Positions 43,062 through 51,899 of a stretch of DNA of 64,000 nucleotides are shown here, piece by piece (positions within the stretch are counted from its first letter, which is position 1; the number at the start of each line of letters is the position of its first letter). Below the pieces are notes generated by a model. It ran no database searches. It was not told where the DNA came from and saw only the letters and a list, made by a program, of their open reading frames with translations. Both the position numbers and the translations under genes were made by a program. Source of the DNA: a bacterium (lineage in GTDB: Bacteria > Patescibacteriota > CPR2 > UBA1875 > CAIMLA01); the NCBI GenBank assembly GCA_037129835.1, contig JBAXUE010000004.1, forward strand, positions 25,638 through 89,637, in the 5' to 3' direction.

Positions 43062-46000
43062 CTATCTTTTTAATCCTATGCTATACTCATGGCCGTCAAT
43101 AATAATATTTTCATTATAGTCTGTTTCTGGTAAATTACCGAATACTACTTGGGTTGCCAGTGTTTCTTTTTTTAAATATTCAAGCCATTTTACGGATATC
43201 TCTCTTTGGAAATTTTTGTCGTCAGATTTGATATACACTTGTATCCTATCGCTTACACTGTAATTTGCTTTTTTCCGTGCATCTTGAATTTTGCGTATAA
43301 ATTCTCTGACCGTACCCTCAATTTTTAACTCCTTTGTTAGTGTTGTATCAAGAATTATTAACACTTCACCTTCATTGGAAGAAATTTTATTAGAATCTTT
43401 TGATATTAACCTTGTTATTATTTCTTCGCCAGTGAAACTTTCGCCAAGAACATTGTAATCCCCCGAGTCTACACTATAATCACCTTTTTTTAGAGCTTCC
43501 GATATTTCTTTTACTCTATTTCCCAATCTAGGCCCGACTAGTTTAAAATTGATATTAACACTTAATTCAACGTCGCTGGAATTATCTAGATTTTTCCCTA
43601 AAACATTCACTCTTTTTACATTTAATTCTTCTTTTATTGAGTCTACTATTGTTTCAGAAAAATAATCTTTATTAACGCCATACACATCTATTTGTCCAAG
43701 GGCTTGCCTAACGTTAATTTTTTCTTGCGCCCTAAGTTTCAATCCCAATTCCACAACCTTTCTTGCAAGGTGTATCTCGTTGTTTATTTTTAAATCAATT
43801 TGAGATTTTACCGCTACTGGCCACTCGGATAAGTGAATCGAGGTTGGTGGTGTGCTATCTCCTCCTTTTGATAAATTCTGGTATATCGCCTCAGTTGTAA
43901 AAGGCATAAATGGTGCCAGCAACTTTATATATGTGGTAAGGACGTAATAAAGTGTCTCATAAGCCGCTGCCTTGTCGGTATCGTTTTCGCTTTTCCAAAA
44001 TCTTCTTCGGTTACGACGAATATACCAATTAGACAAATTATCAATAAACTCAGCAAGTAGTCTTGAAACCTTAGATAAATCATAATCATTAAAAGCATCC
44101 GTCACATTATCTATCAATTGATTTGTTTCAGATATAATCCAATAGTCCATTTTATTATCTCTTTGCAGTTCACCGCTAGGTTTAAAATTATCAATATTCG
44201 CATATGTGACAAAAAAACCGTAAGAGTTCCAAAGGGTTAAAATGATTTTCTTTACCACTTCTTCTACACCTTTTTCTGAAAAACGAAAATCTTCAGCTTT
44301 AACTGCTGGTGACGCCATAAGATAAAATCTAATTGCATCAGCACCGTATTTATTAATTAATTCCATTGGATCTGGGTAATTACTTAGCTTTTTAGACATT
44401 TTTTGCCCATTTTCAGCCAGTATAATGCCATTAACAATTACGCTTTTATACGAGGACTTGCCGAATATAGCAGTAGATAAAACTAATAATGAATAAAACC
44501 AGCCTCTTGTTTGATCTACCCCCTCGGCAATAAAGTCGGCGGGATAGTCAAGAGCAAATTTATCTTTATTTTCAAAAGGATAGTGAATAGAACCATACGG
44601 CATACTTCCCGATTCAAACCAACAATCAAACACTTCGCCAGATAATTCCATATCGTGTCCACAGCTACATTTATAAACTATATTTTGAATTTTATGTAAG
44701 TGAATATCAGTAATAACCTTCCCTGTCTTTGATTCAAGGTCCTTAATAGAGCCAATAACCTCAACTTTCGCACATTCATGACATTTCCAAACAGGTAAAG
44801 GTGTTCCCCAAAAACGGTTTCTCGAAATACTCCAATCAGGTGCATTCTCAATAAGTTTATTAAACCTATTATGCCCCATGCTATCAGGAAGCCAATAAAT
44901 ATCCTTATTATTCTTAATCATCTCAGGTTTAATCTTCTCGACTGCCACAAACCAACTAGACACACCCTTGTAAATAAGAGGGGTGTCACATCTCCAACAA
45001 TGAGGATATGAATGTGTTATTGTTTCTGTTTTAAAAATTTTATTACCAAGTTCTGTGATAATTCGTTGATTTGTCTCAAGGGCTATTACGCTCGAACCTG
45101 AATAATCCGTAACATCAATTGTAAATCTCCCGAGATCATCTACGGGCATAAAAAAATCTATCCCATGTGCCTTCGCTACTTTATAATCTTCTTCTCCAAA
45201 AGCTGGGGCGGTATGTACAATGCCTGTTCCATCTGAAATATTTACATGTGTACCATCAATAATCTCAAAAGCTTTTTTGGGATTTTTGTAATAATTAAAA
45301 AGCTGCTTGTATTTTTTCCCAACCAGTTCTTTTCCCAAAATTCTCGAAACAATCTCATAATCACCAAATTCGTTTTTGTATGATTCAATACGATCAGTGG
45401 CGATAATAAATCTAGAATTATTTGAACTAACAATAGAGTATTCAATCTCGGGTCCAACAGAAAGAGCCAGATTACCTGGCAAGGTCCATGGAGTAGTAGT
45501 CCATGCTAATAAATACGTATTTGGCTCTTCTGAAATTTCGAATTTAACAGTAATTGCCTTATCTCTTTTGTCTTTGTAGCCTTGACCTACCTCGAAATTG
45601 GACAAAGGAGTGGAGCATCTAGGGCAGTACGGCATTACCTTATGACCCTCATATGCAAGATCTTTATCATATAATTGCTTAAATACCCACCAAACAGATT
45701 CCATGTACTCCGGGTTCATTGTCAGATAGGCCGCTTCCATATCTACCCATCTACCAGTTCGAGCCACTATCTTCTTCCAATCATTTGCATAAGCAAGGAC
45801 CTTGCTTCTACAGAGCTCATTAAACTTATCAATTCCATATTCTTCTATTTGAATTTTACTTTTGATATCAAGCTCTTGTTCTACTATATTTTCGATAGGC
45901 AAGCCATGAGTATCCCAACCCCATATTCGTTCAACTCTATATCCCTGCATAGTTTTAAAGCGAGGGATAACATCCTTTATGGTGCCTGCCAACAAATGCC

Positions 46001-46172
46001 CGTAATGAGGGGTTCCGGTAGCAAAAGGGGGTCCGTCATAAAATGAAAAAACTTTTTCTTTACTCTTAGTGTCTACTGATTTTTCAAATATCTTATTGTC
46101 CTCCCAATACTTGAGCATTGCAGCTTCTAGCGCGGGGAAATTCTGTTTTGGATCTACCTTATTGAGACTCAT
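43062..46172 (-). CDS. ileS: Isoleucyl-tRNA synthetase
   Basis: HIGH motif (PHYGHLL) and KMSKS motif (KMSKKLSN); 1036 aa. Confidence 0.9.
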   Translation of the reverse strand: MSLNKVDPKQNFPALEAAMLKYWEDNKIFEKSVDTKSKEKVFSFYDGPPFATGTPHYGHLLAGTIKDVIPRFKTMQGYRVERIWGWDTHGLPIENIVEQELDIKSKIQIEEYGIDKFNELCRSKVLAYANDWKKIVARTGRWVDMEAAYLTMNPEYMESVWWVFKQLYDKDLAYEGHKVMPYCPRCSTPLSNFEVGQGYKDKRDKAITVKFEISEEPNTYLLAWTTTPWTLPGNLALSVGPEIEYSIVSSNNSRFIIATDRIESYKNEFGDYEIVSRILGKELVGKKYKQLFNYYKNPKKAFEIIDGTHVNISDGTGIVHTAPAFGEEDYKVAKAHGIDFFMPVDDLGRFTIDVTDYSGSSVIALETNQRIITELGNKIFKTETITHSYPHCWRCDTPLIYKGVSSWFVAVEKIKPEMIKNNKDIYWLPDSMGHNRFNKLIENAPDWSISRNRFWGTPLPVWKCHECAKVEVIGSIKDLESKTGKVITDIHLHKIQNIVYKCSCGHDMELSGEVFDCWFESGSMPYGSIHYPFENKDKFALDYPADFIAEGVDQTRGWFYSLLVLSTAIFGKSSYKSVIVNGIILAENGQKMSKKLSNYPDPMELINKYGADAIRFYLMASPAVKAEDFRFSEKGVEEVVKKIILTLWNSYGFFVTYANIDNFKPSGELQRDNKMDYWIISETNQLIDNVTDAFNDYDLSKVSRLLAEFIDNLSNWYIRRNRRRFWKSENDTDKAAAYETLYYVLTTYIKLLAPFMPFTTEAIYQNLSKGGDSTPPTSIHLSEWPVAVKSQIDLKINNEIHLARKVVELGLKLRAQEKINVRQALGQIDVYGVNKDYFSETIVDSIKEELNVKRVNVLGKNLDNSSDVELSVNINFKLVGPRLGNRVKEISEALKKGDYSVDSGDYNVLGESFTGEEIITRLISKDSNKISSNEGEVLIILDTTLTKELKIEGTVREFIRKIQDARKKANYSVSDRIQVYIKSDDKNFQREISVKWLEYLKKETLATQVVFGNLPETDYNENIIIDGHEYSIGLKR

Positions 46173-46174
46173 AC

Positions 46175-46660
46175 TTACTCCTTTTCCTTATCATGACTTC
46201 GTAAATCTATCATAATCATAACCTGATCCCCTTTTCTTAGTTCTGAAAGTGCTTCAGGAATACTTGGAGAAATCGATTCTGTAGAGAAACGATGCTCTAC
46301 CATAGCCAGGACTTTTTCACTACCTACTTGCATTTGAATAAACTTTACCTCATATCCTCTTTCTCTTATCTTAGATACTTCCTGGAGAAACTCGTCAAAG
46401 ATTACGCTTCCGTTCCCCATTCCTTCAAAAGCTGACCTAACCTCAATGTACGACAAGTGTAAAATACAGGTAGCGGGATTATAGTTTGCCTTATACTTTC
46501 CTACCCGCTCACGATAAACATTCTTAATATCTTCACTCCCATCGAAATTTGGATGTAAGGATCTGCGAAAATCGTTATCCAAGAATTCAGCCTTGCTAAC
46601 GTCTATGTAGCCGCTTTCAATAGCTTCACCAAAATTATCTCGAACGTCCTCTGGACACAT
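46175..46660 (-). CDS. Hypothetical protein (161 aa), first gene of the leader-ORF-ileS unit
   Basis: Open frame whose stop (TAA) lies inside the ileS Shine-Dalgarno sequence (AAGGAGTAAgtATG). No family recognised. Confidence 0.4.
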   Translation of the reverse strand: MCPEDVRDNFGEAIESGYIDVSKAEFLDNDFRRSLHPNFDGSEDIKNVYRERVGKYKANYNPATCILHLSYIEVRSAFEGMGNGSVIFDEFLQEVSKIRERGYEVKFIQMQVGSEKVLAMVEHRFSTESISPSIPEALSELRKGDQVMIMIDLRSHDKEKE

Positions 46661-46930
46661 AGAATTTATGAGAACATCTTCAGTACTTTCAGCGTCAATT
46701 GGTACGTGTCTTTCTATTATAACTACTCCTAAATAACAAATACCACACCTGCTCAGGAGCCCTCTCGGACGGTACCATCCTGATTTCAGCGTGTGGAATA
46801 CTTACTTTTCTGCTATTACGGGCTTACCCGTCGGGTTCTAATTGCTATATGCTTTCTTCCCGAAACTCACGGTTGATAGCCGCGTGGAACGTCTTTAGTG
46901 AATTATAACTTGATTATTAACTTTTTTCAA
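46661..46930 (-). promoter_or_regulatory. Sigma70-type promoter plus T-box-like riboswitch leader
   Basis: Minus strand: TTGAAA-17 nt-TATAAT (comp. 46925-46930 / 46902-46907). In the transcript, AGGAUGGUACCG (comp. 46770-46781) matches the T-box consensus AGGGUGGNACCG with one mismatch. It folds as CAGGA[UGGUACC]GUCC-GAGA-GGGC-UCCUG, an antiterminator-type helix with a 7-nt bulge (comp. 46753-46783). The outer helix CCACAC...GUGUGG is followed by UAUUUGUUAUUU (comp. 46731-46742). No ORF is present. Confidence 0.5.
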
Positions 46931-49430
46931 CCGCTTCTGGTGGCAAAATATCTGCACCGATAATTACTTTTTGTCCAGTAACAATACCACCTTCAAGTAT
47001 TTTTCTGGCCACAGAATTCTCAATCATATCCTGAAAAACTCTTCTAATTTCTCTGGCACCAAACTCTGGTTTATAGCCAGCTTCGGCGACTGCCGTTAGA
47101 AGATCTTGATCAAAGTCTATGTCAAAGCCTTGTTCAAGAAGCTTCTTATGTAATTTATCAAAAAATATTTTTGCTATTTGAACAACTTCTTCCTGATTAA
47201 GAGATCTAAAAAGAATAATATCATCGAACCTATTTAAGAACTCAGGTTTAAATAAATTATTATTTTGCAAGAATTCTAGTACTTGTTCTTTTTCTTTAGA
47301 AATATCTTTACCTTCTGCACAGATAGTTCTAATTAGATTAGCCCCAGCATTTGAAGTTGCAATAATAATATTGTTTTTAAACAATATTTTTTCACCCATT
47401 CCATCTGTGATATAACCCTCGTCAAGAAGTTGCAAAAATAAATTAAGAATATCTGGATGCGCTTTTTCTATTTCATCTAATAAAACAACGGAGAAGGGCA
47501 TCTGCCTTGCTTTCTTAACAAATTCACCGCCGTCGAGTTCTTGCTGACCTACAATTTTTTTACCAATAAAACGATCTAGTCCGGAAGTATCTTGGAATTG
47601 ATTCATGTCCATTCTTACCATTTTGTTTTCATCTCCAAAATATGTCGCTGCCAAAGCTTTTGATAGTTCAGTCTTACCTACACCTGTCGGCCCTACGAAT
47701 AAGAAACTTCCCATTGGTCTCTTACTATCACCGACATTTGTTCTAGCCCTTCTTAGCGAATTCGAAACAGCCACTACAGCTTCTTCTTGACCGATTACTC
47801 TCTGATGAATTGTCTTTTCAAGGTTTAAAAGCTTAACCTTCTCAACCTCATCGGCCTCTCTAATAGGTATATTAAAAATTTCTTCAGCTATTTCGTCGAC
47901 AAATTTCTTTGTAACAAATTTGATACCCTTATTCTTTGCGGCGTTAGAAATACTGTTCAATAAATCTATTGCTCTTCCTGGAAAATCCTTAGGAACCGAT
48001 TGGCTTTCTGAAATCTGATAAATTTCCTTTAAGGAATCATAGGTGATTGATTGTCCCTTGACTGCAGCCAAATATATACTTATATCTTCCATAGATTGAA
48101 TTGTTTCATTTTTATTTGTTGGTTCTACTTGTATCACAGAAAGCTTCGAAGCGATCCCACCTTTGGGCTGTATATATGTAGAATAGCTTGCCTGGTCTGT
48201 GGCTGCAATTAATTTAAAATCTGATCTTTCAAGATATTTATTCAATACGTCAGAAGCATCGATTGAAGAGATTGTTTCATTACCCTTTAAAAATACTTCA
48301 AAATTATCAATAAATAAAATAATATTCCCCGCTCTTACAGTATCGTTAAACGATGCTGTTAAATTCTCTAACAATTCTTGAGGAGATGCGCTTGAAGACA
48401 TCATAACCTGAGCATCAAGTGCCACTATTCTTTTATACATTAAAGCTGGCATCACTTTACCCCAATATATATTTGCTGCCAGCTCCTTTACTATTGTACG
48501 TTTTCCGACACCTGCCCTACCAAGCAATATACAACTATTACTACTATCTCCTGTTAAAACATTTTGTAATTGCTCTAGTAAATGTTCTCTAGATTTTATA
48601 CTGATACCATTAAAACTATTTGGCACTGTATAATCGACACCGAACCTGTCAAGAGTAAGAGTATATCCAGAAGACCAGTTTTGAGCAAAGCCACCGTTAG
48701 AAACTAATAATTTTTCAGAAATAGTTTTAGGCCTAGAAAATTTTGAAAATAGATTTTTGCTCCAAGAAATAATATTGACCAAGTCTTCTTCATTAAGATC
48801 TATGGACATTAAAAATTCTTGTATTGCAGGATTCTGTTTCAATAAAACATAAAATAAGTCAGCCTTTGTAATGTAATTTACTGCAGGTTCTTTGAGGGCC
48901 TGTTCGAGCATTAAACTAAAAATATTCAAACCATCAACGGCTCCAAAATTAATTAATTTATTTATCGTTATCTTGTCTCCTGCTACTCCCATCTTACTAA
49001 GAATAAACATAATTTCGTTTGATTTGGAGAACAATTTAGCCAAACCAGTAAAATTATTTTTTAAAAGATATTCATCCATAATATAAATCGTATCAAAATC
49101 GCAAAGAGTATAAATCTCATCAATACTTGTAACGCTCTCGGGTAATTTAATTTTATCTTCATTCTCGACAAAATAATGTCGTACGAATGTTAAAAAGTAA
49201 TATATAGAAAGACCAAAAAATATAGATATATTCAATACGTAATTAGGTATAATCTTCGCTACTTGTCCAAGAGCTGTAAATTGAAATAATTTTATAAATA
49301 TAGCAAGTCCGCCCAAAACAATTAGTAATCTTAAAATTTTGTCCAAAAGACGATACTTCTTGAACTTAAAATAAAAAGCAGCAGATAGGGCTGTTTCTCT
49401 AATTTTGTGATCTGCCTGAACCATCATACT
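46917..49430 (-). CDS. ClpB/ClpC-like double AAA+ protein with N-terminal transmembrane segments and a degenerate first nucleotide-binding domain
   Basis: D2 is canonical (GPTGVGKT; LLDEIEKAH). D1 has GRAGVGKRT and ILFIDNFE in place of Walker A and Walker B. The N-terminal ~100 aa are hydrophobic. The track ORF extends to 49487, but the ATGATG at ~49430 overlaps the upstream ORF stop (ATGA). Confidence 0.7.
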   Translation of the reverse strand, partial: SMMVQADHKIRETALSAAFYFKFKKYRLLDKILRLLIVLGGLAIFIKLFQFTALGQVAKIIPNYVLNISIFFGLSIYYFLTFVRHYFVENEDKIKLPESVTSIDEIYTLCDFDTIYIMDEYLLKNNFTGLAKLFSKSNEIMFILSKMGVAGDKITINKLINFGAVDGLNIFSLMLEQALKEPAVNYITKADLFYVLLKQNPAIQEFLMSIDLNEEDLVNIISWSKNLFSKFSRPKTISEKLLVSNGGFAQNWSSGYTLTLDRFGVDYTVPNSFNGISIKSREHLLEQLQNVLTGDSSNSCILLGRAGVGKRTIVKELAANIYWGKVMPALMYKRIVALDAQVMMSSSASPQELLENLTASFNDTVRAGNIILFIDNFEVFLKGNETISSIDASDVLNKYLERSDFKLIAATDQASYSTYIQPKGGIASKLSVIQVEPTNKNETIQSMEDISIYLAAVKGQSITYDSLKEIYQISESQSVPKDFPGRAIDLLNSISNAAKNKGIKFVTKKFVDEIAEEIFNIPIREADEVEKVKLLNLEKTIHQRVIGQEEAVVAVSNSLRRARTNVGDSKRPMGSFLFVGPTGVGKTELSKALAATYFGDENKMVRMDMNQFQDTSGLDRFIGKKIVGQQELDGGEFVKKARQMPFSVVLLDEIEKAHPDILNLFLQLLDEGYITDGMGEKILFKNNIIIATSNAGANLIRTICAEGKDISKEKEQVLEFLQNNNLFKPEFLNRFDDIILFRSLNQEEVVQIAKIFFDKLHKKLLEQGFDIDFDQDLLTAVAEAGYKPEFGAREIRRVFQDMIENSVARKILEGGIVTGQKVIIGADILPPEAVEKS

Positions 49431-49804
49431 ATTTCCCAAAAAATATTGATAAAAGCCAAAACAACTAAGGCTGGTAGAAAAGCCCATGCAATAATTAAAA
49501 ATATTGAGAAAATAATGTAAGAAATTAAACTCAAAATATAGGCTAGTATTAAAAGAGTTCTAACCACGAAACCGACACCTCTAGAAATTAAGTTATCGAA
49601 AAACCAATCCCTAAAGGCATATATTCCTTTGCCTCGACTCATTGCCATTCTTTTCCATGGGGAAAACAAAGTTTTTATAATAACAATGATCGAAAAATTA
49701 TTATTTAAATTTGAAAATAATGCTTTTAGAAAATATAATAAATCACTGGGGGCTTTTGAATACCACCAGAAAAATGAATATGGGAAAAAATATAATACTT
49801 CCAT
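49424..49804 (-). CDS. Small polytopic membrane protein translationally coupled to the ClpB-like gene
   Basis: 126-aa hydrophobic ORF whose stop overlaps the downstream start. Confidence 0.35.
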   Translation of the reverse strand: MEVLYFFPYSFFWWYSKAPSDLLYFLKALFSNLNNNFSIIVIIKTLFSPWKRMAMSRGKGIYAFRDWFFDNLISRGVGFVVRTLLILAYILSLISYIIFSIFLIIAWAFLPALVVLAFINIFWEIV

Positions 49805-49829
49805 AACTTATATATATAATAATAAATAA

Positions 49830-51140
49830 ATGAGTAATATGCCAACAGAAAATTTTGTAACGATCGAAAAAATTATCCCAGAAGGAAGATCTTTGGGTCA
49901 CATTGAAGGTAAATCAGTATTGATTTGGGGTGGACTACCTGAAGAAAAAGTAATTGTGGATGTATATAAAAACAAAAAAAGTTTTTCAGAAGCACGTCTA
50001 ATTAGGGTTGTCGAACCATCTCCGATTAGAATAAAAGAACGCGAAAATCATTACCTGATATGCTCTCCATGGCAAGTGCTTCCATATAATTCTCAAGTTG
50101 CTATAAAAAAATCGCTACTAAAACAAGCCTTCTTAGATATTTGTGATTATAATATTACTGATATAAATTTTTGTGAATCGACCACAGAATATGGTTATCG
50201 AACAAAACTTGAATTTAGTTTTACGGTCGACAAAACCGGAAAAATAGCTCTTGCCTTCCACAAAAGAGGCGTAAATAATGAATATGAAATTATAAAGGGC
50301 TGCTTACTCGGGTCTGATAAAATGAACCTTGCTGCCAGAAAAATAACCGCTGAATTAAACAAGGATTCCAATATCAATTACAAGGGGTTAAAGAGTCTGG
50401 TTATACGAGAGAGCAAAACCAATAATCAAATTATCGCCATATTGTATTATAAATTTAAGGAATTTAAATTTAATATCAGGCTGTCTGATCTCGGTGGTAT
50501 TGTTGACGGTCTATATATAGCTTATTCAAGCATTAAATCCCCCATTTCAGTTATTACAGAACTTATATATTCTGAAGGGATAAATTATCTCGAAGAAGAT
50601 ATCTTAAACTTAAAGATCAGATACCCTTTCGACGGCTTTTTCCAAAACAATATACCTTTATTCGAAAAAACATTAACGGAAATTATAGCGAGTACACCAA
50701 AATGCAACAGGATAGTTGAGCTATATAGCGGCGTTGGTTCTATAGGATTAGCTCTTTGCGACAAAGCAAAAGAAGTGATGGGGCTAGAGATTGTCGACTC
50801 GGCAGTCGAATATTCTGAGATAAACAAGAATGTAAACAAAATTAACAACTACAAAGCCATAGCGCTTGCAGACTATAAAATTACTTTAAATATACTAGAA
50901 GAAGTTGATGTTTTAGTTTTAGACCCACCAAGGTCAGGACTACACCCTAAAACAACTAAGCTAATAATCGACACTAAACCTAAAAAGATAATATACCTGT
51001 CCTGTAACCCTAGCACTCAGGCGAGGGATTATAAAATCTTAAGTCAGGAATACAAGATAGAAAAAATCACTGGGTACGATTACTATCCTAACACATTCCA
51101 TATGGAATCTTTGTTGGTTCTGGTCCCGATAGAGAAATAG
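49830..51140 (+). CDS. rlmD: 23S rRNA (uracil-C5)-methyltransferase RlmD/RumA family
   Basis: N-terminal TRAM-like region, a SAM-MTase fold with VLDPPRSGL, and a C-terminal catalytic Cys region. Confidence 0.7.
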   Translation: MSNMPTENFVTIEKIIPEGRSLGHIEGKSVLIWGGLPEEKVIVDVYKNKKSFSEARLIRVVEPSPIRIKERENHYLICSPWQVLPYNSQVAIKKSLLKQAFLDICDYNITDINFCESTTEYGYRTKLEFSFTVDKTGKIALAFHKRGVNNEYEIIKGCLLGSDKMNLAARKITAELNKDSNINYKGLKSLVIRESKTNNQIIAILYYKFKEFKFNIRLSDLGGIVDGLYIAYSSIKSPISVITELIYSEGINYLEEDILNLKIRYPFDGFFQNNIPLFEKTLTEIIASTPKCNRIVELYSGVGSIGLALCDKAKEVMGLEIVDSAVEYSEINKNVNKINNYKAIALADYKITLNILEEVDVLVLDPPRSGLHPKTTKLIIDTKPKKIIYLSCNPSTQARDYKILSQEYKIEKITGYDYYPNTFHMESLLVLVPIEK

Positions 51141-51142
51141 CC

Positions 51143-51376
51143 TCAATTATTGTATTTATCAAGCCTGACAATTTTGTTCGAGTTTCTTTGACCACTTATA
51201 ATCTTTACCTCTGTAACTCTTAATGAAAATTTTTCAGCCAGCAACCTAATTATTTCAGTATTTGCCGAACCTTTATGAGGTAAAGACTTTACTTTAACAA
51301 GGTAGTAACCGCCATTCTCAACATATTCTATATTCGAATCATTTTTACCCGTTTTGACCTTAATAGCTATGTTCAT
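51143..51376 (-). CDS. YggU/DUF167 family protein
   Basis: 77 aa, KSLPHKGSANTEIIRLLAEKF, typical of UPF0235. Confidence 0.5.
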   Translation of the reverse strand: MNIAIKVKTGKNDSNIEYVENGGYYLVKVKSLPHKGSANTEIIRLLAEKFSLRVTEVKIISGQRNSNKIVRLDKYNN

Positions 51377-51634
51377 TTATAGAAAATATTCTGCAATAAT
51401 AATCAAAGCTTGCAGGACCAAATATACTATAATTGGTGAAAGATCCATCACGCCACCCATAGGTGGTATAACTTTTCTAACTGGGGCCAAAACAGGTTCC
51501 GTGGCATTGAAAACGAATAATCTAAAACGCAAAAGCTTAAGTGGCACAAAACTTAATAATATTCTTGTGAATAACAGTAATATAAATATATTACTAAAAA
51601 TATTTAAAAAATTTAAAATAAATTCTTTAACCAT
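51377..51634 (-). CDS. YggT/Ycf19 family membrane protein
   Basis: LLSFVPLK...FNATEPVLAPVRKVIPPMGGVMDLSPII. The track ORF starts at 51703, but the Met at 51634 avoids overlap with the upstream ORF. Confidence 0.5.
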   Translation of the reverse strand: MVKEFILNFLNIFSNIFILLLFTRILLSFVPLKLLRFRLFVFNATEPVLAPVRKVIPPMGGVMDLSPIIVYLVLQALIIIAEYFL

Positions 51635-51635
51635 C

Positions 51636-51887
51636 CTAGACCCTCGAACTAACCTCTGAATAAGATGGGGTCGAATCCTGCCATCCCTCAATATAAGAAC
51701 CATCTTCTCTTACAATCACTAGGGCTGGAGGGTTATAAATATCATATAATTGTGCAACCGAGTTTGTATCTGCATCCTCCCATTCTAGATACTCTACCTG
51801 TTTACTCTCTGCCTCCAGCTGCTTTCCAATTTCTAAGAAGCTTCTGCATTCTGGACCGTCATCATTAATAAATATCAGTGCTTTCAT
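51636..51887 (-). CDS. Small hypothetical protein (possible thioredoxin-like fold, single Cys)
   Basis: 83-aa ORF upstream of yggT/yggU. Confidence 0.3.
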   Translation of the reverse strand: MKALIFINDDGPECRSFLEIGKQLEAESKQVEYLEWEDADTNSVAQLYDIYNPPALVIVREDGSYIEGWQDSTPSYSEVSSRV

Positions 51888-51899
51888 AATTACTCCTTG

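Noticed and set aside
46753-46783. Guanidine-I (ykkC) riboswitch, because of a GUCCGAGAG 9-mer
   Set aside because: The downstream ACGR and GGGA elements are absent in the required order.
46690-46916. SRP (4.5S) RNA, because of a GNRA-capped helix with AGCAG and CUG...CAGG elements
   Set aside because: The internal-loop layout does not match SRP domain IV. The same helix is better explained as a T-box antiterminator (AGGAUGGUACCG, 7-nt bulge).
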